Part shown: piece by piece, positions 48,560-58,600 of the stretch
Position numbering within the stretch: the stretch's first letter is position 1
Layout: each line of letters begins with the position of its first letter
Assembly: GCA_017523725.1 (NCBI GenBank)
Contig: JAFWVY010000058.1
Span: 1 to 64,000, forward strand
Length of the DNA stretch: 64,000 nucleotides
DNA from: Bacteroidales bacterium
GTDB lineage: Bacteria; Bacteroidota; Bacteroidia; Bacteroidales; UBA4181
Direction: 5' to 3'
The notes under the pieces: generated by a model
The model's input: the letters and a program-made list of their open reading frames with translations, nothing else
The model's database searches: none
What the model was told of the DNA's origin: nothing
Position numbers and translations under genes: made by a program

Positions 48560-49800
48560 TACACCATGTGGACCCGGTCGCTGACATACTTGCCCTGGCT
48601 CATCTTTTCCTTGATCTCGGCAAAGGCGGCCAGCGTTTTTTCCACATCGGCCAGCGTATGTACCGCCGTCGGGATGATCCGGAACATAATCACATCTTTG
48701 GGAACCACCGGATAAACCACTACCGAGCAGAAGATGCCGTAATTCTCACGCAGGTCGAGCACCGCGTTCGTCGCCTCGGGCACCGTTCCCTTGACATAGA
48801 CCGGGGTGACGGGCGAACCGCCGGGACCGCAGTCGAGACCCAGTTTCTTGAATCCGCTCTGCAGGGCACGGGCAACCGTCCACAGCTGTTCGCGGAATTC
48901 GGGATGAGTCTGGATGAGTTCGACACGTTTCAGCAGACCTTCCACCATCGGCATCGGAAGCGACTTGGCAAAAATCTGCGAACGCATGTTGTATCTCAAA
49001 TAGTTGATGAGGAATTCCTTGGAAGCGACAAACGCGCCGATGCCGGCTCCGGACTTGGCGAACGTGGCGAAATAGACATCCACGTCGTCCATGACGCCGA
49101 AATGTTCCGACGTACCCGCACCGGTCGGTCCCATGGTGCCGAATCCGTGCGCGTCGTCAATCATCAGCCGGAAATTGTATTTCTTCTTGAACTCGACAAT
49201 CTTGTCGAGTGCGCCAAGGTCGCCTGCCATACCGAAGACTCCCTCGGTGATGACCAGGATGCCGCCGCCGGTCTCTTCCGTCAGCCGGGTAGCCCGGATG
49301 AGCGATTTTTCGAGCGAGGCCATGTCGTTGTGCTGATACACGAAACGCTTGCCCACATGCAGGCGCATGCCGTCCATGATGCACGCATGGTCTTCGGAAT
49401 CGTAAACGATGACATCGTGACGTCCGACCAGGTTATCCAGGATCGAAATCATGCCCTGGTATCCGAAATTGAGCAGATAGGCATCCTCTTTCTTTTCCAT
49501 GTCGGCCAGCACCCGTTCCAGTTTTTCATGAAGCGAGGTGTGACCGGACATCATGCGGGCGCCCATCGGATAGGCCAGTCCCCATTTCGCAGCGCCTTCG
49601 GCATCCGCCTTCCGGACTTCGGGGTGGTTGGCCAGGCCGAGGTAATTGTTCAGGCTCCATGTAAGCACCCGTTTGCCTCGGAACATCATGTAAGGCGCAA
49701 TCTCGCCTTCCAGCTTGGGAAACGCGAAGTATCCGTGCGCATCTTTGCGGTATTGACCAAGAGGTCCTTCTCCTTGTTGTATTCTTTCAAATATATCCAC
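48559..49800 (-). CDS. Alpha-oxoamine synthase family PLP-dependent acyltransferase (serine palmitoyltransferase-like; possibly the sphingolipid or sulfonolipid first-step enzyme)
   Basis: GTMGPTGAGTSEHFGV, FAKSGAGIGAFVA (PLP-Lys region in TFAKS) and the overall AOS fold. GTG start at 49800 with no in-frame ATG nearby. Confidence 0.75.
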   Translation of the reverse strand: MDIFERIQQGEGPLGQYRKDAHGYFAFPKLEGEIAPYMMFRGKRVLTWSLNNYLGLANHPEVRKADAEGAAKWGLAYPMGARMMSGHTSLHEKLERVLADMEKKEDAYLLNFGYQGMISILDNLVGRHDVIVYDSEDHACIMDGMRLHVGKRFVYQHNDMASLEKSLIRATRLTEETGGGILVITEGVFGMAGDLGALDKIVEFKKKYNFRLMIDDAHGFGTMGPTGAGTSEHFGVMDDVDVYFATFAKSGAGIGAFVASKEFLINYLRYNMRSQIFAKSLPMPMVEGLLKRVELIQTHPEFREQLWTVARALQSGFKKLGLDCGPGGSPVTPVYVKGTVPEATNAVLDLRENYGIFCSVVVYPVVPKDVIMFRIIPTAVHTLADVEKTLAAFAEIKEKMSQGKYVSDRVHMV

Positions 49801-49971
49801 GACTCTATTTTTTAAAATTTCGGTGCGTAAAGGTACGCTTTTTTACCTATATGGCAATTTTTTAGACCCATTTTTCCTTGGAACGCTCCCGGAAGAGATG
49901 TCCGGAAGAGGCCTCCGGCGCGGCAATCCGGGCGAATAATGCTATATTTGCCATGTTTCCAAACGCATGTC

Positions 49972-51777
49972 ATGTCACTGCCGTACGACATTTCCCCGCT
50001 TTTTCCGCCGACCTCCCGGAAGGAAGTCGACGCCCGCGGCTGGGACCGCCCCGATGTCATTTTCTTTACGGGCGACGCCTATATCGACCATCCGGCCTTC
50101 GGTACCGCCGTGCTGGCGCGGGTGCTCGAAGCGAAGGGTTATCGCGTGGCCGTCGTACCGCAGCCGAACTGGCAGGACGATCTGCGCGACTTCAGGAAAC
50201 TGGGGGCGCCCCGGCTGTTCTTCAGCGTTTCGTCGGGCGCCATGGACAGCATGGTCAACCACTACACCGCCAACAAGCGGCTCCGGAGCGACGATGCCTA
50301 CACGCCCGAAGGCAAGGCCGGTTTCCGCCCGGACTACGCCGTGAACGTCTATGCCGGCATCCTGAAGCGGCTGTTTCCCGATGTGCCCGTCGTTATCGGC
50401 GGCATCGAAGCGTCCATGCGCCGCCTGACCCACTACGACTACTGGCAGGACAAACTCCTGCCGAGCATCCTCGTATCCAGCGGGGCCGACCTGCTGGTGT
50501 ACGGCATGGGTGAAAAAACGCTCGTACAGTTGTCAGAAAGGCTGGCGGCCGGAGAAACCATAAATCAGATCCGCGACCTTCCCCAGACAGTCTATCTCCG
50601 CCCCGCCACGGTCGGGCAGGAAACGGGCATTGCCATCGGCACCCAGTCTTTCCTGGGAGAAGAAGTCAAGACCATCCGGCTGCACAGCTACGAGATCTGC
50701 TGCCGCCAGAAGAGAGCTTTTGCCGAGAACTTCAAATACATAGAAGAAACTTCCAACATCATGTCGCCGGAAATCCTGATCGAGCCGGTCGGCGACCGGG
50801 AAGTGGTGGTCAATCCGTTCAGGCCCTGCATCACGACCGACGAGATGGACGCCATCTACGACCTGCCCTACACCAGACAGCCGCATCCGCGGTACAAAGG
50901 GAAGCGCATCCCGGCCTACGACATGATCAAGTTCTCGGTCTGCCTGCACCGTGGTTGTTTCGGCGGATGCAGTTTCTGCACCATCTCCGCACACCATGGC
51001 AAATTCATCTCGTCCCGCTCGGAGGAGTCCATCCTGAAAGAAGTGGCCCACATCGCGGCCATGCCCGACTTCAAAGGGTACATCTCCGACCTCGGCGGCC
51101 CGTCGGCCAACATGTATGCCCTCCGGGGCGTCCGGCAGGAACTCTGCGGCAAATGCCGGCGCGCTTCATGCCTGTTCCCGCAGCCGTGCCGGAACCTGTC
51201 GCTTGACATGTCCCGGCTCACGGACCTTTACCGGAAGGCCAACGCCGTACCGGGGGTCAAGAAAGCCTTTATCGGCAGCGGCATCAGGTATGACATGCTG
51301 CTCACGCCCGAAGGACGGTTCCGCGATGCCAGTGCCGAAGAATATTTCCGGGAAACGGTCTGCAACCATGTATCCGGACGGCTGAAAGTGGCGCCGGAAC
51401 ATACCTCGGACCGTGTGCTCCGGCTGATGCGCAAGCCACCGTTCCAGCTTTTCGAACACCTCAAGCGCCATTTCGACCGGTTGAACGCCGAAGGGCAGCT
51501 CCGGCAGCAGATCATTCCCTACTTCATTTCCGGACATCCGGGATGCCAGGAATCGGACATGCGGCAGCTGCAGGACAAGATGCGCCAGCTGCATTTCCGG
51601 CTGGAACAGGTCCAGGATTTCACGCCCACGCCCATGACGTTGTCTTCCACCATGTTCTATACAGGTTTGGATCCCAACACCATGCAACCTGTATTCGTCG
51701 CGCGCGACCAGAACGCCAAACGCCGGCAACGGTCGTACTTCTTCGACGGTCCGCCGTCGCGGACCGGCCGACGGTAA
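49972..51777 (+). CDS. ygiQ: YgiQ-family radical SAM protein (UPF0313)
   Basis: DVIFFTGDAYIDHPAFGTAVLARVLEAKGYRVAV (N-terminal YgiQ domain) and the radical SAM cluster motif CLHRGCFGGCSFCTISAHHG. ATG at 49972 (MSLPYDISPLF). Confidence 0.85.
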   Translation: MSLPYDISPLFPPTSRKEVDARGWDRPDVIFFTGDAYIDHPAFGTAVLARVLEAKGYRVAVVPQPNWQDDLRDFRKLGAPRLFFSVSSGAMDSMVNHYTANKRLRSDDAYTPEGKAGFRPDYAVNVYAGILKRLFPDVPVVIGGIEASMRRLTHYDYWQDKLLPSILVSSGADLLVYGMGEKTLVQLSERLAAGETINQIRDLPQTVYLRPATVGQETGIAIGTQSFLGEEVKTIRLHSYEICCRQKRAFAENFKYIEETSNIMSPEILIEPVGDREVVVNPFRPCITTDEMDAIYDLPYTRQPHPRYKGKRIPAYDMIKFSVCLHRGCFGGCSFCTISAHHGKFISSRSEESILKEVAHIAAMPDFKGYISDLGGPSANMYALRGVRQELCGKCRRASCLFPQPCRNLSLDMSRLTDLYRKANAVPGVKKAFIGSGIRYDMLLTPEGRFRDASAEEYFRETVCNHVSGRLKVAPEHTSDRVLRLMRKPPFQLFEHLKRHFDRLNAEGQLRQQIIPYFISGHPGCQESDMRQLQDKMRQLHFRLEQVQDFTPTPMTLSSTMFYTGLDPNTMQPVFVARDQNAKRRQRSYFFDGPPSRTGRR

Positions 51778-51853
51778 ACTGTACATTTTTTCAAAAAAAA
51801 ACGGGAGAAATCAACCGGAACATATTATCTTTACAATTTCTTTTTTAAAGTAC

Positions 51854-52606
51854 ATGGACATGTTTCGCTTAAAACACCTTTTCAGCATCCTGGCACTCCT
51901 TGGCCTGGCCGCTCCCCTGCAGATGTACGCCAACGAGCCGGTTCTCACAGGCCAATCCGATTCCATCCTCATCGAACGGACGCACCGGTTCCATGGCGCC
52001 TATCCCATTCCGTCTGACGGTCTGACGCTCGGTGTCTTCTGGCTGCCGGACGTTGATTACAGCACTTACGGCGGAAGCGAAGTGCCTGATTTCCTGGAAC
52101 AGGACCTGGGGAGGTCGTTCTCCGTCACCATCCCGTTCATAGGTCTCATGCGGAACATGAACAAGGCCAAGACCCTGCAACTTGAGACCTCTCTTGAAAT
52201 GAGCATCCACAACCTGGTGTTCAGCAACTCCATCGCGCTGGCCAGGATGCCCGGCATCGAACGGATCTATCCAATCCCCGTGGAACCGGAGCTCAAGAAA
52301 AGCAAGCTCTGCCTCACGTATTTCGAACTGCCTGTACGCATAACGGTCAGAAATACCCACGCACGCCGGCTGTTCACCGCCGGCATCGTGCCCGGCCTGC
52401 TGCTCAACGAACACACCAAGACGAAGAAACCGAAAGAGAAAGGGCGTCTGCACAGCGTGGAGAATTTCAGATGCAACGCCGAAATCAGATGCTGGCTCCA
52501 CCCGCACTTCTATCTTTCAGGTACCTACAGCCTGACTCCGATGTTCAAGGACCATCGGGGACCGGAGACCCATCCGGTCACTTTCGGCATCGGATGGAGA
52601 CTCTAA
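51854..52606 (+). CDS. Hypothetical secreted protein, possible outer-membrane beta-barrel
   Basis: Signal peptide MDMFRLKHLFSILALLGLAAPLQMYA, alternating hydrophobic beta-strand-like pattern, C-terminal FGIGWRL. Confidence 0.4.
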   Translation: MDMFRLKHLFSILALLGLAAPLQMYANEPVLTGQSDSILIERTHRFHGAYPIPSDGLTLGVFWLPDVDYSTYGGSEVPDFLEQDLGRSFSVTIPFIGLMRNMNKAKTLQLETSLEMSIHNLVFSNSIALARMPGIERIYPIPVEPELKKSKLCLTYFELPVRITVRNTHARRLFTAGIVPGLLLNEHTKTKKPKEKGRLHSVENFRCNAEIRCWLHPHFYLSGTYSLTPMFKDHRGPETHPVTFGIGWRL

Positions 52607-52618
52607 AAAACGACTGAC

Positions 52619-53977
52619 ATGGCCAAGACTAAAACTGCCTATTTCTGCCGCGCCTGCGGTGCCGAATCGCCCAAATGGCTGGGGCGGTGTCCGGCCTGCG
52701 GCGAATGGAACACCATGGTGGAAGAACCGGTGACGAAGAATACCGGCAGACCGTCCCGCACCGACGGCACGACCGCCGTACCGAGACATCTGGACGAAGT
52801 GGAAGAACTGCAGGGCACCCGCATCGACCTGCATAACGCCGAACTCAACCGGGTATTGGGCGGCGGCATGGTCAAAGGGTCGCTGATCCTGCTGGGCGGC
52901 GAACCCGGCATCGGTAAATCGACTCTCGCACTGCAGGTGGCGCTGAAGATGGAAGGAAAGACCCTGTACGTTTCGGGCGAGGAGAGTCTGCAGCAGATCA
53001 AGATGCGGGCGGCCCGCATCGGCCGGTTGCAGTCTCCATGCTGGTTCCTCAACGAAACCTCTCTGGAGGACATCCTGCAACAATGCAATAATCTGCAGCC
53101 CGAATTCGTCATCATCGACTCCATCCAGACCCTGAATTCCGCACACATCGATTCATCGGCGGGCAGCGTATCACAGATCCGGGAATGTGCTGCCGGGCTG
53201 CTGCAATACGCCAAACAGACCGGCACCTCCGTCATACTCATCGGCCACATCACCAAGGACGGCATCCTAGCCGGGCCGAAGATTCTAGAGCATATCGTGG
53301 ACGTCGTGCTGCAGTTCGAAGGAGACAACCGCCAGATATACAGAGTACTGAGAGCGCTCAAGAACCGATTCGGCTCTACATCCGAACTGGGCGTGTTCGA
53401 AATGATCGACACAGGTCTCCGCGAAGTGCCCAACCCCTCCGAAATCCTGATACAGACCCATGCCGACAATCTGAGCGGCGTGGCGGTCGGTGCCGGCATG
53501 GATGGCATCCGTCCGTTCCTGATCGAAGTGCAGGCCCTGGTCAGTTCGGCCGTTTACGGCACATCGCAACGGTCCTGCACCGGATTCGACGGCCGGCGGC
53601 TGAACATGTTGCTGGCTGTGCTCGAAAAACGCATCGGATTCAAACTGGCTTCGCAAGACGTCTTTCTGAACATGGTCGGCGGCATGAAAATCGACGATCC
53701 GTCCATCGACCTGGCCGTGCTCGCCGCCATCCTCTCGTCCAGTCTCGACCTGTCCATTCCCTACACCTGGTGCTTCGCCGGAGAAATCGGGCTTTCGGGC
53801 GAAATCCGCCCTGTCAGCCGCATCGGGCAGCGCATCCGCGAAGCAGAAAAAGCCGGCTTCACCAAGATATTCGTGGCAAGTTCAGGACACGAAAATCTCC
53901 CGGCGGACACGTCCATCCAAGTGGTCCGTCTCCGGCGGGTCGAAGAACTGGTCAAAGGTTTGAAAGGAATGCTCTAG
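52619..53977 (+). CDS. radA: DNA repair protein RadA (Sms)
   Basis: Zn-ribbon CRACGAESPKWLGRCPACGEW, Walker A GGEPGIGKSTL, KNRFG motif, and a Lon-like C-terminal domain. Confidence 0.95.
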   Translation: MAKTKTAYFCRACGAESPKWLGRCPACGEWNTMVEEPVTKNTGRPSRTDGTTAVPRHLDEVEELQGTRIDLHNAELNRVLGGGMVKGSLILLGGEPGIGKSTLALQVALKMEGKTLYVSGEESLQQIKMRAARIGRLQSPCWFLNETSLEDILQQCNNLQPEFVIIDSIQTLNSAHIDSSAGSVSQIRECAAGLLQYAKQTGTSVILIGHITKDGILAGPKILEHIVDVVLQFEGDNRQIYRVLRALKNRFGSTSELGVFEMIDTGLREVPNPSEILIQTHADNLSGVAVGAGMDGIRPFLIEVQALVSSAVYGTSQRSCTGFDGRRLNMLLAVLEKRIGFKLASQDVFLNMVGGMKIDDPSIDLAVLAAILSSSLDLSIPYTWCFAGEIGLSGEIRPVSRIGQRIREAEKAGFTKIFVASSGHENLPADTSIQVVRLRRVEELVKGLKGML

Positions 53978-53986
53978 CAGCCGGCA

Positions 53987-55321
53987 TCAGGCTCCCACAA
54001 GCGCCGCGACAGCCTCGTGCACTTTGTCGAACCCGAAAGCCCGGACAGCCGCTTCCATTTTGCGGGCGATTTCCTCGTTGCACAACCGGCCGATACTGCC
54101 TTCGTGGGTATGCGACAGATGTTTGTCGGGCACAAAACGGCCCTCCCGGATATCCTGCGCCACCTGGCGGTAGGCATCCCTGAACGGCACACCCTCCAGC
54201 ACCAGCCGGTTGACCGCCTCCACGCTGAACATACAGTCGTAGCGTGCATCGTCCAGGATATGGGTATTGATCTTTATCTCCGGAACCGTGGAAATCAGGA
54301 TATGGAGGCAACTCTTCAGGTCGCCGAACGCAGGGAACAGAATTTCCTTGAGCAACTGCATGTCGCGGAAATAGCCAGACGGCAGGTTGGTCAGCATCAG
54401 GGTGATATCCGACACAATCGTCTGGATGCGGTTGCATTTGCCGCGGATCAGCTCGAACACGTCCGGATTTTTCTTGTGCGGCATGATGCTGGACCCGGTC
54501 GTCAGATTCTCCGGCAGCACGATGAAACCGAAGTTCTGGCTCATATACAGGCAGGCGTCCATCGCAAACCTGGACAGCGTGGCCGCCAGCGATGCCATGG
54601 CGAACGCCACGATCTTCTCGGTCTTGCCCCGGCCCATCTGGGCATAGACCACATTGTAGTTCAAATCGTCAAAACCGAGCAAACGCGTCGTCATGGTCCT
54701 GTCGAGCGGGAAGGAAGAACCATATCCAGCCGCCGAGCCGAGCGGATTCTGATTGGTGACCCGCCAGGCTGCCTGCAACACATGCATGTCGTCGGTCAGG
54801 CTTTCCGCATAAGCGCCGAACCAGAGGCCGAACGACGACGGCATGGCCACCTGCAGATGCGTATATCCGGGCATCAAGACCGCTTTATATTGTTCCGAAG
54901 CATCACGGAAACGGCCGAAAAGCGCCTCCGTCAGATGCACCATTTCCTCGATTTCCGCCCGGAGATACAGCTTGATATCCACCAGAACCTGGTCGTTGCG
55001 CGAACGTCCGCTGTGCACCTTCTTCCCGATATCGCCCAGACGCCGCGTAAGCATCAGCTCCACCTGGGAATGCACATCCTCGATGTCCTCCTCTATCCGG
55101 AACTCGCCGGATACCGCCTGGTGGTACATCTCCTGCAACGCCTGCGTCAGGCGGACCCGCTCGTCGGCCGCCAGCAGCCCCACCGACTCCAGCATGCGGA
55201 TATGCGCCAGCGTACCCATGATATCGTACGGTGCGAGAAAAAGATCCATCTCACGGTCGCGGCCCACCGTAAAGGTTTCTATGTTTTTGTTGACTTCAAC
55301 GCCTTTGTCCCAGAGTTTCAT
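53987..55321 (-). CDS. argH: Argininosuccinate lyase
   Basis: Fumarate lyase signature GSSIMPHKKNPD and SGRSRNDQV. 444 aa. Confidence 0.95.
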   Translation of the reverse strand: MKLWDKGVEVNKNIETFTVGRDREMDLFLAPYDIMGTLAHIRMLESVGLLAADERVRLTQALQEMYHQAVSGEFRIEEDIEDVHSQVELMLTRRLGDIGKKVHSGRSRNDQVLVDIKLYLRAEIEEMVHLTEALFGRFRDASEQYKAVLMPGYTHLQVAMPSSFGLWFGAYAESLTDDMHVLQAAWRVTNQNPLGSAAGYGSSFPLDRTMTTRLLGFDDLNYNVVYAQMGRGKTEKIVAFAMASLAATLSRFAMDACLYMSQNFGFIVLPENLTTGSSIMPHKKNPDVFELIRGKCNRIQTIVSDITLMLTNLPSGYFRDMQLLKEILFPAFGDLKSCLHILISTVPEIKINTHILDDARYDCMFSVEAVNRLVLEGVPFRDAYRQVAQDIREGRFVPDKHLSHTHEGSIGRLCNEEIARKMEAAVRAFGFDKVHEAVAALVGA

Positions 55322-55341
55322 ACGTATCGAGCGGTTATATG

Positions 55342-56412
55342 TCAGAATGAAAAATCTTTAAGCAGCGTAATATACACCCGGATGCCCTCTTCGACTTCCT
55401 TCAGCAGGATATATTCGTCCGCCGTATGAGACCGGGCGGAATCGCCGGGTCCCATCTTGAAAGACGGGCAGGTGAGCCGCGTCTGGTCGGAAAGCGTCGG
55501 CGAACCGAAAGAAGTCAGCCCCAAAGCATATCCGCGCCGGATGACCGGATGCTGCAACGAGATACCCGAAGAATTCAGGTTCGTCGATCGCGGGGTCACC
55601 TCGGAATACTTCATGTGACTGCGGATAATTTCCAGCGCCTGCTCGTTCGTGTAATGCTCGTTGGTGCGGACGTCCACTACGAAAGTGCATTTGTCGGGAA
55701 CCACATTATGCTGGTAGCCAGCCTGTATCATCGTCACAGCCATACCGACCTCTCCAAGCAGCGGCGACACCTCCGGGAAGCGGAACGTGCGGAACCAAGC
55801 GATGTCGTCCATCGCCCGGTAGAGCGCATTGACGCCTTCCCGCCGGGCCGTATGACCGGTCTTCCCTGTCGCCACGCCGTCCAGCACCATGAGACCGCGT
55901 TCGGCCACCGCCATGCGCATGCCGGTCGGCTCACCTACAATGGCCAGGTCTATCTTTCCCAATTTGTCGAGAATCAAGAGGATGCCGTTCTTCCCGGTCA
56001 CTTCTTCCTCGGCGGTAATGGCCAGAATAAGATTGAACTTGCGCTGCGGACAGCCCGCCAGGAAAAGAAACGCCTGCAGCAGACTCACCACCGACGCCCC
56101 CGCATCATTGCTGCCCAATCCGAACAGTTTTCCATCCACGATGTCCGGGCTGAACGGATCGCGCGTCCATGATGCCGAAGGTTTTACCGTATCCAGATGC
56201 GAATTCAGCAGAATGCACGGCGCATCGGGAATCTCCGGCGCCTTCACCCAGAGATTGTTCATCTCACGCTGAACCTCAAGTCCCTTGTCCCGCAGAAATC
56301 CGGCCAGCAGGTCGGCCACGCCGGCCTCCTCCCGGCTGACGGAGGGGACGGCAATCATGCGCTGCAGCAAAGCAACGGCTTCACGGGTCTGCTGGTCGTA
56401 AGGCGACGGCAT
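55342..56412 (-). CDS. argE: M20-family metallohydrolase in an arginine cluster (acetylornithine/succinylornithine deacylase, ArgE-like)
   Basis: M20 motifs: NSHLDTV, GSNDAGASVVS, EEEVTG. Located between argH and argF'. Confidence 0.7.
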   Translation of the reverse strand: MPSPYDQQTREAVALLQRMIAVPSVSREEAGVADLLAGFLRDKGLEVQREMNNLWVKAPEIPDAPCILLNSHLDTVKPSASWTRDPFSPDIVDGKLFGLGSNDAGASVVSLLQAFLFLAGCPQRKFNLILAITAEEEVTGKNGILLILDKLGKIDLAIVGEPTGMRMAVAERGLMVLDGVATGKTGHTARREGVNALYRAMDDIAWFRTFRFPEVSPLLGEVGMAVTMIQAGYQHNVVPDKCTFVVDVRTNEHYTNEQALEIIRSHMKYSEVTPRSTNLNSSGISLQHPVIRRGYALGLTSFGSPTLSDQTRLTCPSFKMGPGDSARSHTADEYILLKEVEEGIRVYITLLKDFSF

Positions 56413-56415
56413 AAG

Positions 56416-57363
56416 CTATAATGACTGCAGAATCTGTTTCAGCACCGTCTGAGCCGATACCACGCGGTTCGCGGCCTCTTCGATGACCAGCGAGTCGGGG
56501 CTGTCGATGACCGCGTCCGACACAATCATGTTGCGCCGCACCGGCAGACAATGCAGGAACTTGGCCGAATTGGTCCAGTTCATATGCTCCGTATCCACCG
56601 TCCACGAGCGGTCCTGGTGCAGCACCTGTCCGTATTCGCGGTACGACGACCAGTTCTTGGCATAGATGAAATCCGCGCCTTCGAAAGCCTTCCGCTGATC
56701 GTACTCGATGACGGCGCCTTTCGTGAAATCCTCGCACAATTCGTAGCCCTCCGGCTGGGTGATCACCACCTCATAACCGGCAGCCACCGCCCACTCCGCG
56801 AAGGAATTGGGCACAGCCTGCGGCAATGCGCGCGGATGCGGTGCCCAGGTCATCACCACCTTGGGACGCGCGGTCTTCTTATATTGCTCTATCGTGATGA
56901 TATCAGCGAAAGCCTGCATCGGATGCACCGTCGCCGATTCCATGCTGACAATCGGCACCCCGGCATATTTCCGGAACCATTCCAGCACCGTCTCGGCATA
57001 GTCGTAAGCCCGGTCTTTCAGACCAGCGAACGAGCGGATGCCGATAATGTCGCAATAGCGTCCTATCACGCCGGCCGCCTCCTTGATGTGTTCCGCCTTG
57101 TCGCCGTTCATCACCACCCCGAACTCGGTTTCAATCTTCCAACCTTCATCATTGATATTGAAAACGATAGGATTCATTCCCAGATTCGCGGCCGCTTTCT
57201 GCGTACTCAATCTGGTGCGCAGGCTTGAATTGAAGAACAAGAGACCCATGGTCCTGTGACGGCCCAACGTCTCATACCGGAACGGAGACGCCTTCAACTC
57301 AAACGCCTCCTTCAGCAAGGCCTTCAAGTCTGTGACATCTTTTACAGAGCTGAAATGATACAT
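56416..57363 (-). CDS. N-acyl-ornithine carbamoyltransferase (ArgF'-type, N-succinyl/N-acetyl-ornithine transcarbamylase)
   Basis: STRTR-like carbamoyl-phosphate site (FNSSLRTRLSTQKAA), a HPMQ variant (TVHPMQAFAD) and HCLP (FLHCLPVRRN). Internal ATG at 57363 (MYHFSSVKDVTDLK); the long upstream extension is non-coding. Confidence 0.8.
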   Translation of the reverse strand: MYHFSSVKDVTDLKALLKEAFELKASPFRYETLGRHRTMGLLFFNSSLRTRLSTQKAAANLGMNPIVFNINDEGWKIETEFGVVMNGDKAEHIKEAAGVIGRYCDIIGIRSFAGLKDRAYDYAETVLEWFRKYAGVPIVSMESATVHPMQAFADIITIEQYKKTARPKVVMTWAPHPRALPQAVPNSFAEWAVAAGYEVVITQPEGYELCEDFTKGAVIEYDQRKAFEGADFIYAKNWSSYREYGQVLHQDRSWTVDTEHMNWTNSAKFLHCLPVRRNMIVSDAVIDSPDSLVIEEAANRVVSAQTVLKQILQSL

Positions 57364-57496
57364 AATGCTTGGATTGATACGGCAAAGATACATTTTAATC
57401 CCTATCCGGCAAAAACGGGGTATGGCAAAGTTAAAATTCGTATTTTTGCGACTGGGGGATTGCCCGGAAAGGGATTCCGCCATATCCAGAAGACCC

Positions 57497-58579
57497 ATGT
57501 ATAAAAGGATAACTCTCAAAGTCGGCTCCAATGTGCTGACCGACGCCGAAGGCGGTCCTTCGGCAGAACGCATCGCACAGATTGTGGACCAGATTGCCGC
57601 CCTGAAAGCCCGCGGCATCGATGTCCTTTTTGTTTCGTCCGGTGCCATCGCCTCGGGCCGGACCGTCATCCGCCAGCCCCGGCACCGCGACACGGTTTCG
57701 TGCCGGCAGTTGTGGGCCTCCGTCGGACAGATCCGGCTCATCCAACTCTATGCAGACCTCTTCGCCCGCAAAGGCATCGTCTGCTCGCAAGTGCTGGCCA
57801 CCAAGGAAGACTTCCGCGACCGGCGGCATTTCCTGAACATGCGCAACTGTCTCGAAACGCTGCTTGAGAACAACATCGTGCCGATTATCAACGAGAACGA
57901 CGTCATTTCGGTTACCGAACTCATGTTCACCGACAACGACGAACTCTCCGGTCTGATCTCCGACATGATGAACGTCGATGCCCTCGTCATTCTGAGCAAC
58001 GTGGCCGGCCTCTACAACGGCGACCCGGCCGATCCGTCCAGTTCAGTCATCCGGACCGTGCCGCCCTATGGGGCTTCTGTTTCCCAATTCATTTCCTCAC
58101 AGAAATCCGACTTCGGCCGCGGCGGCATGGTCACCAAAAGCGCCATCGCCCGGAAAGTGGCCCAGAACGGCATTCCTGTCCATCTGGCCTGCGGATTCGA
58201 ACCCGGCATACTGACCGACATCATCGACGGGAAAGATGTCGTGCACACCTATTTCGCACCGGGACGGCGCAAAACACCCATCAAGCGTTGGCTGGCACAT
58301 GCCGACAGCGAAGCAAAAGGCACACTGCGCATCAATGAACAGGCAGTTTCTTCACTTTTTTCAGAAAAGGCATCAAGTTTGCTACCTGTAGGTGTCATCG
58401 CTGTAGAAGGAACCTTCCAGAGAGGAGATGTGGTCCGCATCGTCGACCGGGAAGGTCATCTGCTCGGACTTGGCAAGGCTGAATACGACCACGTCACAGC
58501 CAGCCGGCACATCGGGGCACACCATGTCAGACCCGTCGTCCGTTACGATTACCTGTTCCTCTACAGCGAGCAACCGTAA
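57497..58579 (+). CDS. proB: Glutamate 5-kinase with a C-terminal PUA domain
   Basis: MYKRITLKVGSNVLT...VLFVSSGAIASG... is the amino-acid kinase fold. The C-terminal PUA domain is LRINEQAVSSL...GDVVRIVDREGHLLGLGKAEY. Internal ATG at 57497. Confidence 0.9.
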   Translation: MYKRITLKVGSNVLTDAEGGPSAERIAQIVDQIAALKARGIDVLFVSSGAIASGRTVIRQPRHRDTVSCRQLWASVGQIRLIQLYADLFARKGIVCSQVLATKEDFRDRRHFLNMRNCLETLLENNIVPIINENDVISVTELMFTDNDELSGLISDMMNVDALVILSNVAGLYNGDPADPSSSVIRTVPPYGASVSQFISSQKSDFGRGGMVTKSAIARKVAQNGIPVHLACGFEPGILTDIIDGKDVVHTYFAPGRRKTPIKRWLAHADSEAKGTLRINEQAVSSLFSEKASSLLPVGVIAVEGTFQRGDVVRIVDREGHLLGLGKAEYDHVTASRHIGAHHVRPVVRYDYLFLYSEQP

Positions 58580-58600
58580 AAAACCTTAAAACACACGATC

